Of a stretch of DNA of 64,000 nucleotides, positions 26,824 through 38,425 are shown piece by piece. Under the pieces are notes generated by a model. It was not told where the DNA came from. It saw only the letters and a program-made list of their open reading frames with translations, and made no database searches. A program made the translations under genes and the position numbers. Source of the stretch: Nymphaea colorata (taxonomy: Eukaryota). The stretch covers positions 38,130,001 through 38,194,000 of the forward strand of contig NC_045138.2 in assembly GCF_008831285.2 (NCBI RefSeq). Reading direction: 5' to 3'. Every line of letters begins with the position of its first letter. Position 1 is the first letter of the stretch.

Positions 26824-28320
26824 ATGACAAGTTCCCTGGACGTCGTCGCGACCAAGAAGGCCGGAAGGGAAGAAGTAGAAGAAATTACAATTCCTTTTGA
26901 TGTGGTGGCCGAGTTCATATTACCGAGAGTGGCCGCTAGGGACTTGTTGAGGTTCAGGTCGGTGTGCAAGTCTTGGCGGCAGCTCATCGATGACCCGAAT
27001 TTCATTCACAACTACCTCAGGCGGCACGACTTAACCCTCCATCAAGAACGCCCTCCTTCCTTTACGAGCATCAGAAATCAACACCATGTCCATCAAGTTA
27101 TCGCCCACAGTTCAGGTTACCGCAAAATGGGACGGACAGAACGCGAAGGCTTATATTGCATCGACATGAACTGTTACCGCAAAATGGGACGGACAGAACG
27201 CGAAGGCTTATATTGCATGGACATAAAATGTGAGGGCACCAATGGCCGCATCAAAGACAACGATAAGCCTATCAAGATATTGGGATTGGAAGATTGCCCC
27301 AAAGACGCAGGGTTCAACATGCTACCCCCGTGTAAGGGTTTGGTCTTGTTTTTGAATAACAGTGCTCCTCTGTACCTGTGCAACCCTGCCACAGGTGAGT
27401 CTACCAGCCTGCCTCAGTCCAGTACTGCAGCACTGAGATGGCATGGCTTTTGCTATGGCTTTGGTTTTGATGATCGCAGCAAGGAGTTCAAGGTACTTCA
27501 TGTATGGGATGTTCATGATGATGAAGATGAGGTTGACTACCATGATTTACGAAGCTTAGGCAAAGATTGTTGCCATGAGATACTAAGCTTAGGCAAAGAT
27601 TGTTCTTGGAGGCAGCTGGGCCCATTGCCGTTTCGCTGGTATAATTGCAATAGCCTTCATCCCGGCATCCCTTTCAACAGCAGCCTGCACTGGATCGTAT
27701 GCGCTTGTGAGAAGACATGGGGAGACAACTCTCTCATGGCGTTTGATCTTAGAAAGGAGGAATTCAAGCGGAAGGCGTTGCCGCCCAGGCTTGACAAGGC
27801 AGTTTACTTATCGTTGAGCCTAATAACCCTTGCTGAGGGTTGTCTGGGTCTCACGAGATATAAAGTTGGTGGGGAGGCAGGGAACATTGGATTGGATGTT
27901 TGGGTGCTGGCCGATTATGAGAGCGAGATATGGACTAAACGACACCGCATTTCCTTCGCAAGCATTGGTTACGGGCTTGGGGATGTAGACGAAGAAGAAG
28001 AATACGTGAGCGATAGTGATTCCGATAGTGAATGCTTTCCAGATCATTATCCAAGGATACTGATTATGGGAGAGCATGAAATCTTGCTCCGCTTCATCGG
28101 GGAAGCTCTGATGCTTCTCTATGATTTGGAGCAGAAAACGTCTCGAAAGTTTGTTGTTGATGGGTATGAGGAAATTTTTTTCTCAGAACTGCCTTCCACC
28201 TACGTCTATGAACAACACCTTGGGTCAGCCTATTTCGTTTCTGCGCTCCGTAGTTGGTCTAGAATGATCTCCCTGAGAGAAGGGCAAGACAGAATTAATG
28301 CAGAAGCTTCCCCCGTTTGA
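26824..28320 (+). CDS. F-box/FBA-domain protein, copy 1 (498 aa from the second ATG; ancestral ATG at 26742 is out of frame)
   Basis: F-box motif IPFDVVAEFILPRVAARDLLRFRSVCKSWRQLIDDPNF. FBA-type motifs CKGLV, LCNPATGE, YGFGFD...FKV, SWR, LHW, AFDL..EEF, LDVWVL.DY...W. Coding region intronless. Confidence 0.9.
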   Translation: MTSSLDVVATKKAGREEVEEITIPFDVVAEFILPRVAARDLLRFRSVCKSWRQLIDDPNFIHNYLRRHDLTLHQERPPSFTSIRNQHHVHQVIAHSSGYRKMGRTEREGLYCIDMNCYRKMGRTEREGLYCMDIKCEGTNGRIKDNDKPIKILGLEDCPKDAGFNMLPPCKGLVLFLNNSAPLYLCNPATGESTSLPQSSTAALRWHGFCYGFGFDDRSKEFKVLHVWDVHDDEDEVDYHDLRSLGKDCCHEILSLGKDCSWRQLGPLPFRWYNCNSLHPGIPFNSSLHWIVCACEKTWGDNSLMAFDLRKEEFKRKALPPRLDKAVYLSLSLITLAEGCLGLTRYKVGGEAGNIGLDVWVLADYESEIWTKRHRISFASIGYGLGDVDEEEEYVSDSDSDSECFPDHYPRILIMGEHEILLRFIGEALMLLYDLEQKTSRKFVVDGYEEIFFSELPSTYVYEQHLGSAYFVSALRSWSRMISLREGQDRINAEASPV

Positions 28321-28991
28321 AGACTCACCGCGTTGAATTGGGTGCATGCATGGCTACTCTAAACTGTAAAAGTGCTCATGTTAACCGAACAGAAAGAACC
28401 CTGCGGCTTGTTATGCACCATCCGATGGTCTACAAGATTCATTTCTAGACTTGTTGGAATTAATAATTTCGTCTATATATCATTGATTTTTGCATTCAAT
28501 TTTTCCACTTTGCTTGCTGACCTTAGGCCTATCTTCGGTCTACAATTTAAAAAAGGAGACCACTTTTTATGACCCCCGCAAAAAGAAGGACGCTTTTCAT
28601 AAAATTGTTTATATAGCTCATAAGTAAACTTGGGTTACCTTTAAGGGAAATGATAAATCTCATTTACTCCATCTAGCTTGATAGATAGATAGCTTCTTTT
28701 CTACTCTCTTGAGGTTCCTTGTTTTTAGGACCATAATCATCTGGCAAGCAAAATCCCAGATCTTTCATGCTTCCCACACTAACAGTTGCATGTGTTATCT
28801 TGCTCTAGGCGTTTGCATGTCTGCCAAAGTAAGCATTGAACATTAATGTATTGGGATCAGATCTGGATCTATTCAGAACTGAAAGAGAGCTCCGAGTGAC
28901 CCCAGTATTGATCCAATGCCGATCCGCCGTATTCCATTCTAATCAGAGTCGCAACATAATGTTGCTCCACTTCCACCAGTCGCAACATAAT

Positions 28992-29590
28992 GTTGCTGTC
29001 CGTGCCCCAGGTGATTCGTATATTGCTTTCTTCGAATTTTCTTTCGATTCCATGTTTCTTTTTGAAGTTCTTATTTGGGCTGGTGCAAGAATTGGGACTA
29101 CTTCCATTATAAACAAGTATTAATAGCATTTGGAATCTATCTTTTATGAGAATAGCTTGAGGGGGATTAACAAAGTTGATTTTTGGTTTCAGGTGTATTT
29201 CCTTCGTTCACTCGTTTTCTTCGTCTTGGTACTATGGGTTTTTTGCTGATCATGAGTTTTGCTTGATTTTGTGATGGATCTATGTGGAGTATTGATATTT
29301 TCCCTGAACTGTTCTTTGTGGGTTTTATTATATCTACATTTTGAAGACTTTGTGGTTGTTGATTCATTGATATTGTTCTCGTGGTATTGGCACAGCTAAT
29401 TTCCTTTTTATTTTTCTGGCAGAATTGAGGGTATTGCACCAAGAAATGTTTGGGCTTACAACTATTTTCTCATTTGAGGATTACGGCTAACATAGAACTG
29501 CCATTTTGTTGTATTATGTACTTTTATTCACTTTCCTGTTGTTAAATATCAGCTTCAAGGGAACCTGTATTGGATGGACTCTATATCAAG
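28992..29590 (+). pseudogene. Duplicated fragment of the microprotein gene (end of exon 1 and first ~600 nt of the intron)
   Basis: Aligns to about 21535-22180 (GCTGTCCGT..CAGGTGATTCGTATATTGCTTT through GGATGGACTCTATATCAA). ATG and most of exon 1 are missing. Confidence 0.88.
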
Positions 29591-30044
29591 GGGTTGATAT
29601 AAGTATTTGGTGTATTCCTAGATGCCTAATAACATCCCGTTGCTACTAAGTGAAATAATTCTAATTAAAATAATTCTAATTAATGTAGAAGACTGATGTC
29701 GCATGTTTGTCTAACCCATGGCCCATGAATAGAAAGCAGCTTAGGAAGAATGGTTAATTCATGCGAAAGTCTCCAAAAAGAAAAGTCAATGCATGCGAAA
29801 ACTTCAGTGTGGAAGGATGACCAAAATTGCAATGTAATTCAAAAATGATATTGTGTACATTTTCATTTAAAAAAAGTCAATTACAGATTTTTCCTTCTTA
29901 AATTTAGCAATGCCATAACCTTACGCTTCAAACTTATAAATCCAGTTTTGAATCATGTGGATAACATCCTGTTATTTCATTTTCTCGTAGTCTTATTAAT
30001 CCATGCAAGAATTAATTAGTTTATGGGCTGGTGGGTAAGTACGC

Positions 30045-30847
30045 ACTCACAGATAGGCTCTCGCACGACTGCAGAAGTGCGATTACAGAACAGGGCGGAT
30101 ACTCAGGCCCTATTAATGAAGGAGAATGAAGATTCAATTGGGCAATCTTTTGCCAAATCACTTTCATTATTCATTTTTTAAATCACTATATAATAAACAA
30201 ACGTCAAACCTTGGGGCATTATTTGACCATGGTTTAAAAAGGGTAAGAATATTGTTCAAAATATGAACAAGGCTCAACGTCTTTTTCTACGGCCAATCAC
30301 ATCAAACACGTTTATGAATGGACAAACTGGAAATGGCTTCTACGCAGACCTGGGCAACTGGCCGGGCTGGCCCATCCGGCCTGAAACTCGGCCCGATAGC
30401 CCGGGTTCGGTCTGGCCAGTTGGGTAATAAAAAATAAATTTTAATTATAAAATAAAATTTTAGTAATATAAAATATATTTTTACTAATAAAATACATATT
30501 ATTAAATTTTAAAAAATTTTAAAAATTATTTTTTAATTTATAAACGGGTCGGGCCGGGCCATACATCAGGCCTGGGCCCGGCCCGTACCTGGACCCGACC
30601 GGGCCAGGTACCGGGTATCCGATGGGTACCCGGCCCGTTGCCCAGGTCTACTTGTACAACATCCAAATGGCTTTTATAAAAATATCAACCAGTTGTTGAG
30701 AATTTATTGAGTTGATTTGAGATATATACATATAAATATATATTTCTAAATATCCAAATAATATGATTCATAGTCAATCCTTATCTAATTGGATAATTGA
30801 TTCCAAAATATCTCCAATGTTCTATCCTCATATTATTCGTCTCTCTA

Positions 30848-30878
<31 letters not shown>

Positions 30879-31306
30879 ATTTGAGCACATTAACTATTTA
30901 GTTTGGCCATGATATTAAAAAGAAAGAAAGTTATACGTACACTTCACATAGTAGACTAGACAATATAGTGTATCAACGCTGCGTGTTTGACTGTCTTTAT
31001 GCAAAAATTCATGGCAATAAAATAGGTTAGTGATTTGTAAGATATCCAGTCATCTTCCTCGACAATCTCAACTAAATAAATCCAAATGGATATTGATCCC
31101 TAAATTCTTCTGCAGTATCCCAAATGGTGGACAGTTTATCCCGATCCTACTCCTCTCTCTTCTCTTGCTCGTTATATAAGAGAGAACAGATCTCGGAGAG
31201 AGCGAAAAAGTTGTATAAAACCTACGTTAGTCTCTATTTCTCAACGTGTGGGGAAGTGGCCACCGGTTGAAGGCCTCAAGGTGAATGTGCACTGCCTTTT
31301 CTTATT
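30045..31306 (+). promoter_or_regulatory. Orphan copy of the F-box upstream region, TATA, 5'UTR exon and donor, with no F-box CDS behind it
   Basis: Homologous to about 24605-25110 plus 25945-26135 and, inverted, to 40620-41570. TATATAA at 31173-31179, donor AAG|GTGAAT at 31281. Homology stops at about 31306. Confidence 0.75.
30345..30650. mobile_element. 306-bp hAT-type MITE
   Basis: TIRs CAGACCTGGGCAAC / GTTGCCCAGGTCTA, GGCCC-rich subtermini, AT-rich core, imperfect 8-bp TSD CTTCTACG / CTTGTACA. Absent from the paralogous sites near 24885 and 41260. Confidence 0.88.
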
Positions 31307-31571
31307 ACCCATCATCCAAATTATTTGGATTTTTGTGTCGTGTCAAGAAGCTTTAATGAGCCGAGTGAAGAATAATTCGTTACACAACCCACACAACAGC
31401 CGGGAGTTGAAAAAGAAAATTCAAAAAAAATTCTTAAATTGGTGAGAGACAAAAAAAAAAAAACACAAAAACAACAAAAATGGAAAAACCTATCTAGGTG
31501 TACTGGTTACTACATCGGTGAAAAATGAAAAAAAAGAAAGATAAACTCCAAAACAATAAAAAAGCAAAAAC

Positions 31572-34500
31572 TTAGCTACGTGTAGCAGAAGTTGATGTTT
31601 CTACGTGTAGCAGAAGTTGATGTTTCATCTTCTGTTGTTGAACCTTTCTTGATAAGAAAGCAAGGCTCGCCACTTTAGTATCTATAAAACCACCACCATG
31701 TAATTTGATTTTACTTTAACGCTGTAGCATAAAGCTTTCAGGTGGTGTGTGAAATAGTAAAAATATATCTCGAGACCTTTTAGTCACCACAAGAACATTA
31801 CTTTTTTTGTCGTCCATCATCAATGCAATTTCAACTTTAAACATTTCTTGATAAGAAAACAAGACTTGCCACTCCAGTTTCAATAAAACCACCACCATGT
31901 AACTTGGTTTTCCTTTAACGCTACAACACAAAACTTCCAAGTAGTGCATGAAATAGTAAAAGTATCTCGAGACCTTTTTGTCACCACAAAAACCATATTT
32001 TTTTTGTCATTCATCCTCAATGCAATTTAAACTATATACCTTTCTTGATAAGAAGTCAAGATTTGCCACTTTAAGTTCTATAAAATCACCATCATGTAAC
32101 TTGATTTTTCTTTAACGCTGCAACATAAAACTTTCAAGTGGTGAGTGAAATAGTAAAAGTATCTTGATAACTTTTTGTTACCACAAAAACCTTATTTTTT
32201 TTTGTCGTTCATCCTTAATGCAGTTTCTACTCTGGACCTTTCTTGATAAGAAGGTAAGACTCGCCACTTTAGTTTATATAAAACCACCACCATGCAACTT
32301 GATTTTCTTTTAACGCTGCAACATAAAGCTTTCAGGTGGTATGTGAAATAGTAAAAGTATATTGATACATTTTTTGCCACCACAAGAACCTTACTTTTTT
32401 TTATCGTTCATCCTCAATATAATTTCAACTCAAGACTTTTCTTCATAAAAAGGTAAGACTTGCCACTTTGGTTTATATAAAACTATTACCGTGCAACTTG
32501 ATTTTCAACGCTGCAACATAAAGCTTCCATGTGGTGCATGAAATAGTAAAAGTATCTCGAGACTTTTTTGTCACCACAAGAACCTTACTTTTTTTGTCGT
32601 CCATCTTCAATGCAATTTTAACTCTGCACCTTTCTTGATAAAAAGGCAAGACTCGCCACTTTGGTTTCTATAAAACCAACACCATATAACTTTATTTTTC
32701 TTTAATGCTGCTGCGTAAAGCTTCCACGTGGTACGTGAAATAGTAAAACTATCTCGAGACCATTTTGTCATCACAAAAACTTTACTTTTTTGTCGTCCAT
32801 CTTTAATGCAATTTCAACTTTCGACCTTTTTTGATAAAAAGACAAAACTCGCCACTTTAGTTTCTACAAAACCACCATGTGTAACTTGATTTTCCTTTAA
32901 CGCTACAATATAAAACTTTCAGTTGGTGCATTAAATAATAAAAGTATTTCGAGATCTTTTTGTCACTACAAGGACCTTACTTTTTTTGTCGTCCATCTTC
33001 AATGCAATTTCAGTTCTAGACCTTTTTTGATAAGAAAGAAAGACTTGCCACTTTGGTTTCTATAAAACCACCACCATGTAACATGATTTTCTTTTAACGC
33101 TGCTTTCAGGTGGTGCGTGAAATGGTAAAAGTATCTCGATACCTTTTTGTCACCATAAGAACCTTACTTTTTTTGTCGTTCATTCTCAGTGGAATTTCTA
33201 CTCTTAACGTTTCTTAATAAAAAGACAAAACTTGCCACTTTGGTTTCTATAAAACTACCACCATGTAACTTGATTTTCCTTTAACGTTGCAACATAAAAC
33301 TTTCAGGTGGTGCGTTAAATAATAAAAGTATTTCGAGACCTTTTTGTCACTACAAGAACCTTACTTTTTTTGTCGTCCATCGTCAATGCAATTTCAACTC
33401 TAAAACTTTTTTGATAAGAAGGCAAGACTCGCCACTTTGGTTTCTATAAAATTACCACCATGTAACTTGATTTTTCTTTAACGTTGCAGTATAAAGCTTT
33501 CTGGTGCGTGAAATAGTAAAAGTATCTTGAGACTTTTTTGTCACCACAAAAACCTTATTTTTTTTCTCGGTCATTTTTAATACAATTTCAACTATAAGAA
33601 AGTAAGACTCACCACTTTGGTTTATATAAAATCGCCACCATGCAACTTGATTTTCCTTTAACGCTGCAACATAAAGCTTCTACGTGGTGCGTGAAATAGT
33701 AAAAATATCTCGAGATCTTTTTGTCACTAGATGAACCTGACTTTTTTTGTCGTCCATTTTTCAATGCAATTTCAACTTTAGACCTTTCGTGACAAGAAGA
33801 CAAGACTCGTCACTTTAGTTTTTATAAAATCACAACATGGAACTTGACTTTTCTTTAACGCTACAACATAAAGCTTCCAGGTGGTGCGTGAAATAGTAAA
33901 AGTATTTTCAAACCTTTTTGTCACCACAAAAACCTTATTTTTTTTGTTCGTCCATTTTCAATGCAATTTCAACTCTGGAACTTTCTTGATAAGAAGACAA
34001 GACTCGTCGTTTCTATAAAATCACCATATATAGCTTGATTTTTTCTTACAGTGCAACATAAAGCTTCTAGGTAGTGCGTTAAATAGCAAAAGTATTTCGA
34101 GACCTTTTTGTCACCACAAGGTCCATACATTTTTTGTCGTCCATCCTCAATGCAATTTCAACTCTAGACCTTTCTTGATAAGAAAACAAAACTGTCACTT
34201 TCGTTTTTATAAAACCACCATCATATAACATGATTTTCCTTTAACGATGAAGTATAAAGTTTACATGTGGTGCGTGAAATAGTAAAAGTATTTTGAGACC
34301 TTTTTGATATCAACATTACTTTTTTTGCTGTTTATCCTCAATGCAATTTCAAGTCTACACCTTTCTTGATAAGAAGACATGATTTGCCACTTTGGTTTCT
34401 ATAAAACCACCACATGTAACTTGATTTTCGCTTAACGTTGCAACATAAAGCTTCAAGGTAGTGCGTGAAATAGTAAAAGTATTTCGAGACTTTTTTGTCA

Positions 34501-34954
34501 CTACAAAAACCTTACTTTTTTTGTCGTCCATTCTCAATGCAATTTCAACTGTAGACCTTTCTTGATAAGAAAGTAAGACTCGCTACTTTGGTTTATATTA
34601 AACCACCGTCATGTAACTTAATTTTCTTTTAATGTTGCAACATGAAAATTACAAGTAATGTGTAAAATAGTAAAATATCTCAAGACCTTTTTATCACCAT
34701 AAGAACTTTACTTCTTTTGTCGTTCATCTCAATGCAATTTCAACTCCATTACTTTGAACTTGTTCTTGTTGTTGGGGAGTCAAATGCACAACCAATCTTT
34801 CGTTTGCTGCTTGCACAAAAGCAAAATGAGAAACGACATCTGATTTAGTCAGCGTCTTCGTAAATAAAAATTGTATGTTTTCTACATTCAAATATGGATA
34901 ATCATTCAGATTAAGCGGAATGAGATGAAGAAAATCAGTCTACTTATTTTTCAT
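31572..34954 (-). pseudogene. B3-domain (DUF313-type) gene whose 3' half is amplified as a tandem array
   Basis: Minus strand from ATG 34954 reads MKNK*TDFLHLIPLNLNDYPYLNVENIQFLFTKTLTKSDVVSHFAFVQAANERLVVHLTPQQQEQVQSNG. This runs in frame into the repeat consensus VEIALRMDDKKSKVLVVTKRSRDTFTISRTTWKLYVAALKENQVTWWWFYRNQSGESCLLIKK, and after the last unit GSTTEDETSTSATRS* (TAA 31572-31574 once a 25-bp duplication is removed). Premature TAG at 34940-34942. Confidence 0.8.
31641..34746. repeat. Tandem array of 16 units of ~197 bp
   Basis: Marker TTTCTTGATAAGAA or a variant recurs near 31646, 31845, 32042, 32240, 32439, 32632, 32829, 33025, 33211, 33408, 33594, 33786, 33983, 34171, 34362 and 34558. 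Units differ by many transitions and small indels. Confidence 0.97.
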
Positions 34955-34970
34955 TTCTCTTTTAGTGTTC

Positions 34971-35135
34971 CTGAAAGTCATAATAAACAAGCAAGAAGAT
35001 GAACAAAATGAAACGCGAAAATCACAGACAAATGACACACAAAGCAAGAAGAGGCAAAGAAAACGAAAGGCTCACGTAGAAAGACAAAACAACACAAAAA
35101 GACAAAAAAATTGAAAGCGAACTTATTATTTATAA
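34971..35135 (-). promoter_or_regulatory. Putative TATA box and 105-nt 5'UTR intron of the B3 pseudogene
   Basis: Minus strand: TATAAATA at about 35126-35133, donor GTGAG at 35075-35071, T-rich intron, acceptor TTTCAG ending 34971, ATG 16 nt later. Confidence 0.55.
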
Positions 35136-36988
35136 TGAAACCACCACCATATTCATGTGAAATGCATTTGCCCTTAATTGAAACGATTACAAAGATATTT
35201 ACTATTCACACAAAAAAATTTGTTTGATTTTGATAGAGAAAGTACTAACTACTGAGCACAAAAAACCTATTGGTTTGAACAGATAAGACCGGGAACACGA
35301 TGGTCGCCATCTGCCGTGGCACAAGCTAAGGTTTTATGGAAAATGCCAGCACCCATGTGAGTAGGACTCGACTCGTACAACTCACACCACTCGTGCCCTG
35401 ATGACAAATATTATGGCGTAGGCCCAAATTTCAACTTTCTTTTTCATAATACGATTGTTCTTTCTCGAACTTTCAGCTTAGCCCTTTTACTATTTACATT
35501 TTTATCAACGTAGAAAAAATTTCTGCATTGACCATGCTGAATGAGAACTGTTGGTTGTTTCACCACACAGCTTAGTAGTTAGTATGAGGCAATCTTGAGG
35601 AAAAAAACCTTCTGTATTTACAAAAGAAAAAAAAAAAAACTCTTTGCAAGCAGAAAAGAGGCTGTCCCCACCTTCAGCCAAATTGCTTACTGCTACAAAA
35701 AAAAAAGTTCTTTTGAGGGTGGGGGCTCAGTTTTCATTTTTTTGGGGTGAAAGGAAGTTGGGGCTCAGTTCTACCAAACTATAAGACACCTCCACAAAAC
35801 CCAGATCATTACCATGACTAATCCAAAGTTGTTGACTATATGTTTAGTGTTTTGTTAAAAACAAACAAAAATTAGTATGTAACAACAAAAGGAGAACGAT
35901 ATATTAGGCTGATGGCAGATTAGACTCATAGTAACTAACAGCGTAGTCTTGGACACTGAAAGATTGTTTGACATCAACAACGTTTTGCAAGTCTTTCACT
36001 TGCAGAAAAGCCGTACTTTTTTTTTTCCTGCAACCCTAAGGTCGAAAGCTACGATGACCTCCAATGTGAAGTAATATATTTCAATAAGGACAAACCAGCT
36101 TCCACTCCAGTGAGCCTCTGAAAATGAAACTGACCAAATTTCAAAAGGTAAAACACAAATAAAAAATGTTGAAATAGTAGACGGATTGTCCCCATATGTA
36201 ATAAAAAAAATGCTTTTTTCACTGGAAAATACACATAAGTAGTTGTTCTATAACTTTTTACTGAATGCATTTAACTAATGGATCATCTTGGTTTAACTTG
36301 CAATTCGAAAAGAGGGATCTAAGTTGCATATGAGAACCGATGGATCTAAAGGTGAAAGTTGAATTTTGAAATGGAGTATTTACGGGGGGGGGGGGGGGGG
36401 GGGGGGGGTAGGGTTTATTAAAGCGTCTTAAAAAAATAATGAAAAGTTTGGGCGGCAAAAATGAATTAAAGAATCCATATGAGGCATGAACTTAACTGTG
36501 AACTCTTTCTTAGGAGGAAGGGAGGGTTTCGGTTCTTGCCTGCATAGTCGTCCTGCTTACCCTACTTCTAACGTTAGAAGTTTTCTGTTTTGAGTGCAAA
36601 TGTTCTTATTACATTTTAAAATAAAAACAAGCTATGAACTATGTCATTAATTCCTTTTGACTGCCTTCAATCTGTGAACTATGTTATTAATTCATTTTGG
36701 CTGCCTTCAAGAAATGATGTGATGTTAAATTTTTTATCTTTTTAAGTGAATCAAATATAAAAGAAATTTGAACACCTGCACTTGAAGAAAGCAGTACTTT
36801 TTTAATGTTTTCTTGTGGGAGGGACCATATACCTAAGGTTTTAGTTTGTAGACCAATGACACACCTAGCTCATAAAGAAACAATAATAATACTTTAAAAA
36901 ATACTTATTAAACCAAAAGATTAGAATTTTCCACCAAGTCATTTCTGTCAAAAATTCAATATTTTCGCTTTAACAACCAGGTTAAAGT

Positions 36989-37054
<66 letters not shown>

Positions 37055-38425
37055 CTTACTGGTTCTTAATGGAAAACAAATCCTATTTTGAAAGTGAGGA
37101 GGATAGATGTAAAGGGAAAAAATAAATTCATTTATTGAATATTTTGTATTAAAGTAAGAGCCCTCTACTTTTTATAAAAATACTTTTCTTAAAGTTTTAA
37201 TATATCAAATATTAAAACGAACAATAATTTATGTATAGGATGAAATGATTGCAACAACATTGTTTGGTGATATTATTTTTAAAATTATAGATTTCTTATT
37301 TTAAAACAACTCGTGTCAGTAATCATTTTCATTTATTTGAAATTATGCAAACAACGGGAGGCGTCCTACGTGACCATTTTGAAAGAGGGAAAGGAGAAAG
37401 GAGAAAGGAGATTGAGAAAAAGCTAGTGGGCAGAAGAATCACTTTTTTGAAATTATTTCTTAAAAAGTTTAATAAGAAGCAAAAAAAAAAACCAACTTGG
37501 CCGGTGAGTTTCTGAAACAGGGTGAAGAAAGCATTTGATGGTGCAGCCTAGGCCCAAACAAGAAGAAGATGGTGGCGGCTGAGAAGAGACTTCGGAAGCT
37601 TGAAAAGAAATTACAAATAAAAAAATTGCAAAGAGTTAAGGCGAGTATTTCTTTTAGTATTGTATTCTTGACCCTAAGCATGCCTCGTTCCATGAGCTTT
37701 TCAAAACCCATCGTCTTCACCGTCGTTTTTTCTTTGTGCTTCGTTTCACGAGCTACTGTATCTCCGAGAATATCTTTTGTTTTCTCTCGAATAATGGACG
37801 AAAAAATCCTACACCTGGACCCAAGTGGAGCAACGTTATGTTGCGACTCCCATTAGAATGGAATACGGCGGATCGGCATTAGATCAGGTCACTCGGAGCT
37901 CTCTTTCAGTTTTGAATAGATGATCATAATGCACTGAAACAGCGGGAGGCATGGAAGATCTAGGATTTTGCTTGCCCGATTGTTATGGTTGTGAAAACAA
38001 GGAACTTCAAGAAAGTAGGAAAGAAGCTATCTATCTAACTAGATGCAGTAAAATTGGAGATCTGAAGCAATACCTTATTGCACCAAATTATATGTTTATC
38101 ATTTGACTTTTGGGCTATATTAACAATTTTATGAAAAGTGTCATTCCCTTTGAGGGGGGTTATAACAAGTAGTTTATTCTAAATTATAGACGAAAGGTAG
38201 GCCTAGGGTCAGCAAGCAAAGTTTTGAGAGAGCAAAGTGAGAAAATTGAATGCAAGAATCAACGATATATAGATGAAATTATCCATTCCAACAAGTCGAG
38301 AATTGAATCTTGTAGTCTATCGAATGGTGCATAACAAGCCAAAGGGTTTTTTTTGTTCATGTTAACATGAGAACTCTTGCAATTTAGAGAAGCCATGCGT
38401 GCACCTAACACAACGCGGTGAGTCT

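Larger units (their letters stand above)
23825..28975. repeat. Inverted segmental duplication arm, reverse complement of about 37820-41935 and 44835-48450
   Basis: 28881-28970 matches the reverse complement of 37823-37915. The F-box CDSs match each other in opposite orientation. 23850-24700 matches the reverse complement of 47520-48445. Confidence 0.9.

Noticed and set aside
31641..34746. CRISPR-like array or multi-repeat protein CDS
   Set aside because: No unique spacers and a eukaryotic context. The period is not a multiple of 3 and units contain stops and frameshifts.
37469..37856. Short ORFs, including MVAAEKRLRKLEKKLQ...
   Set aside because: No recognisable domain or splice structure.
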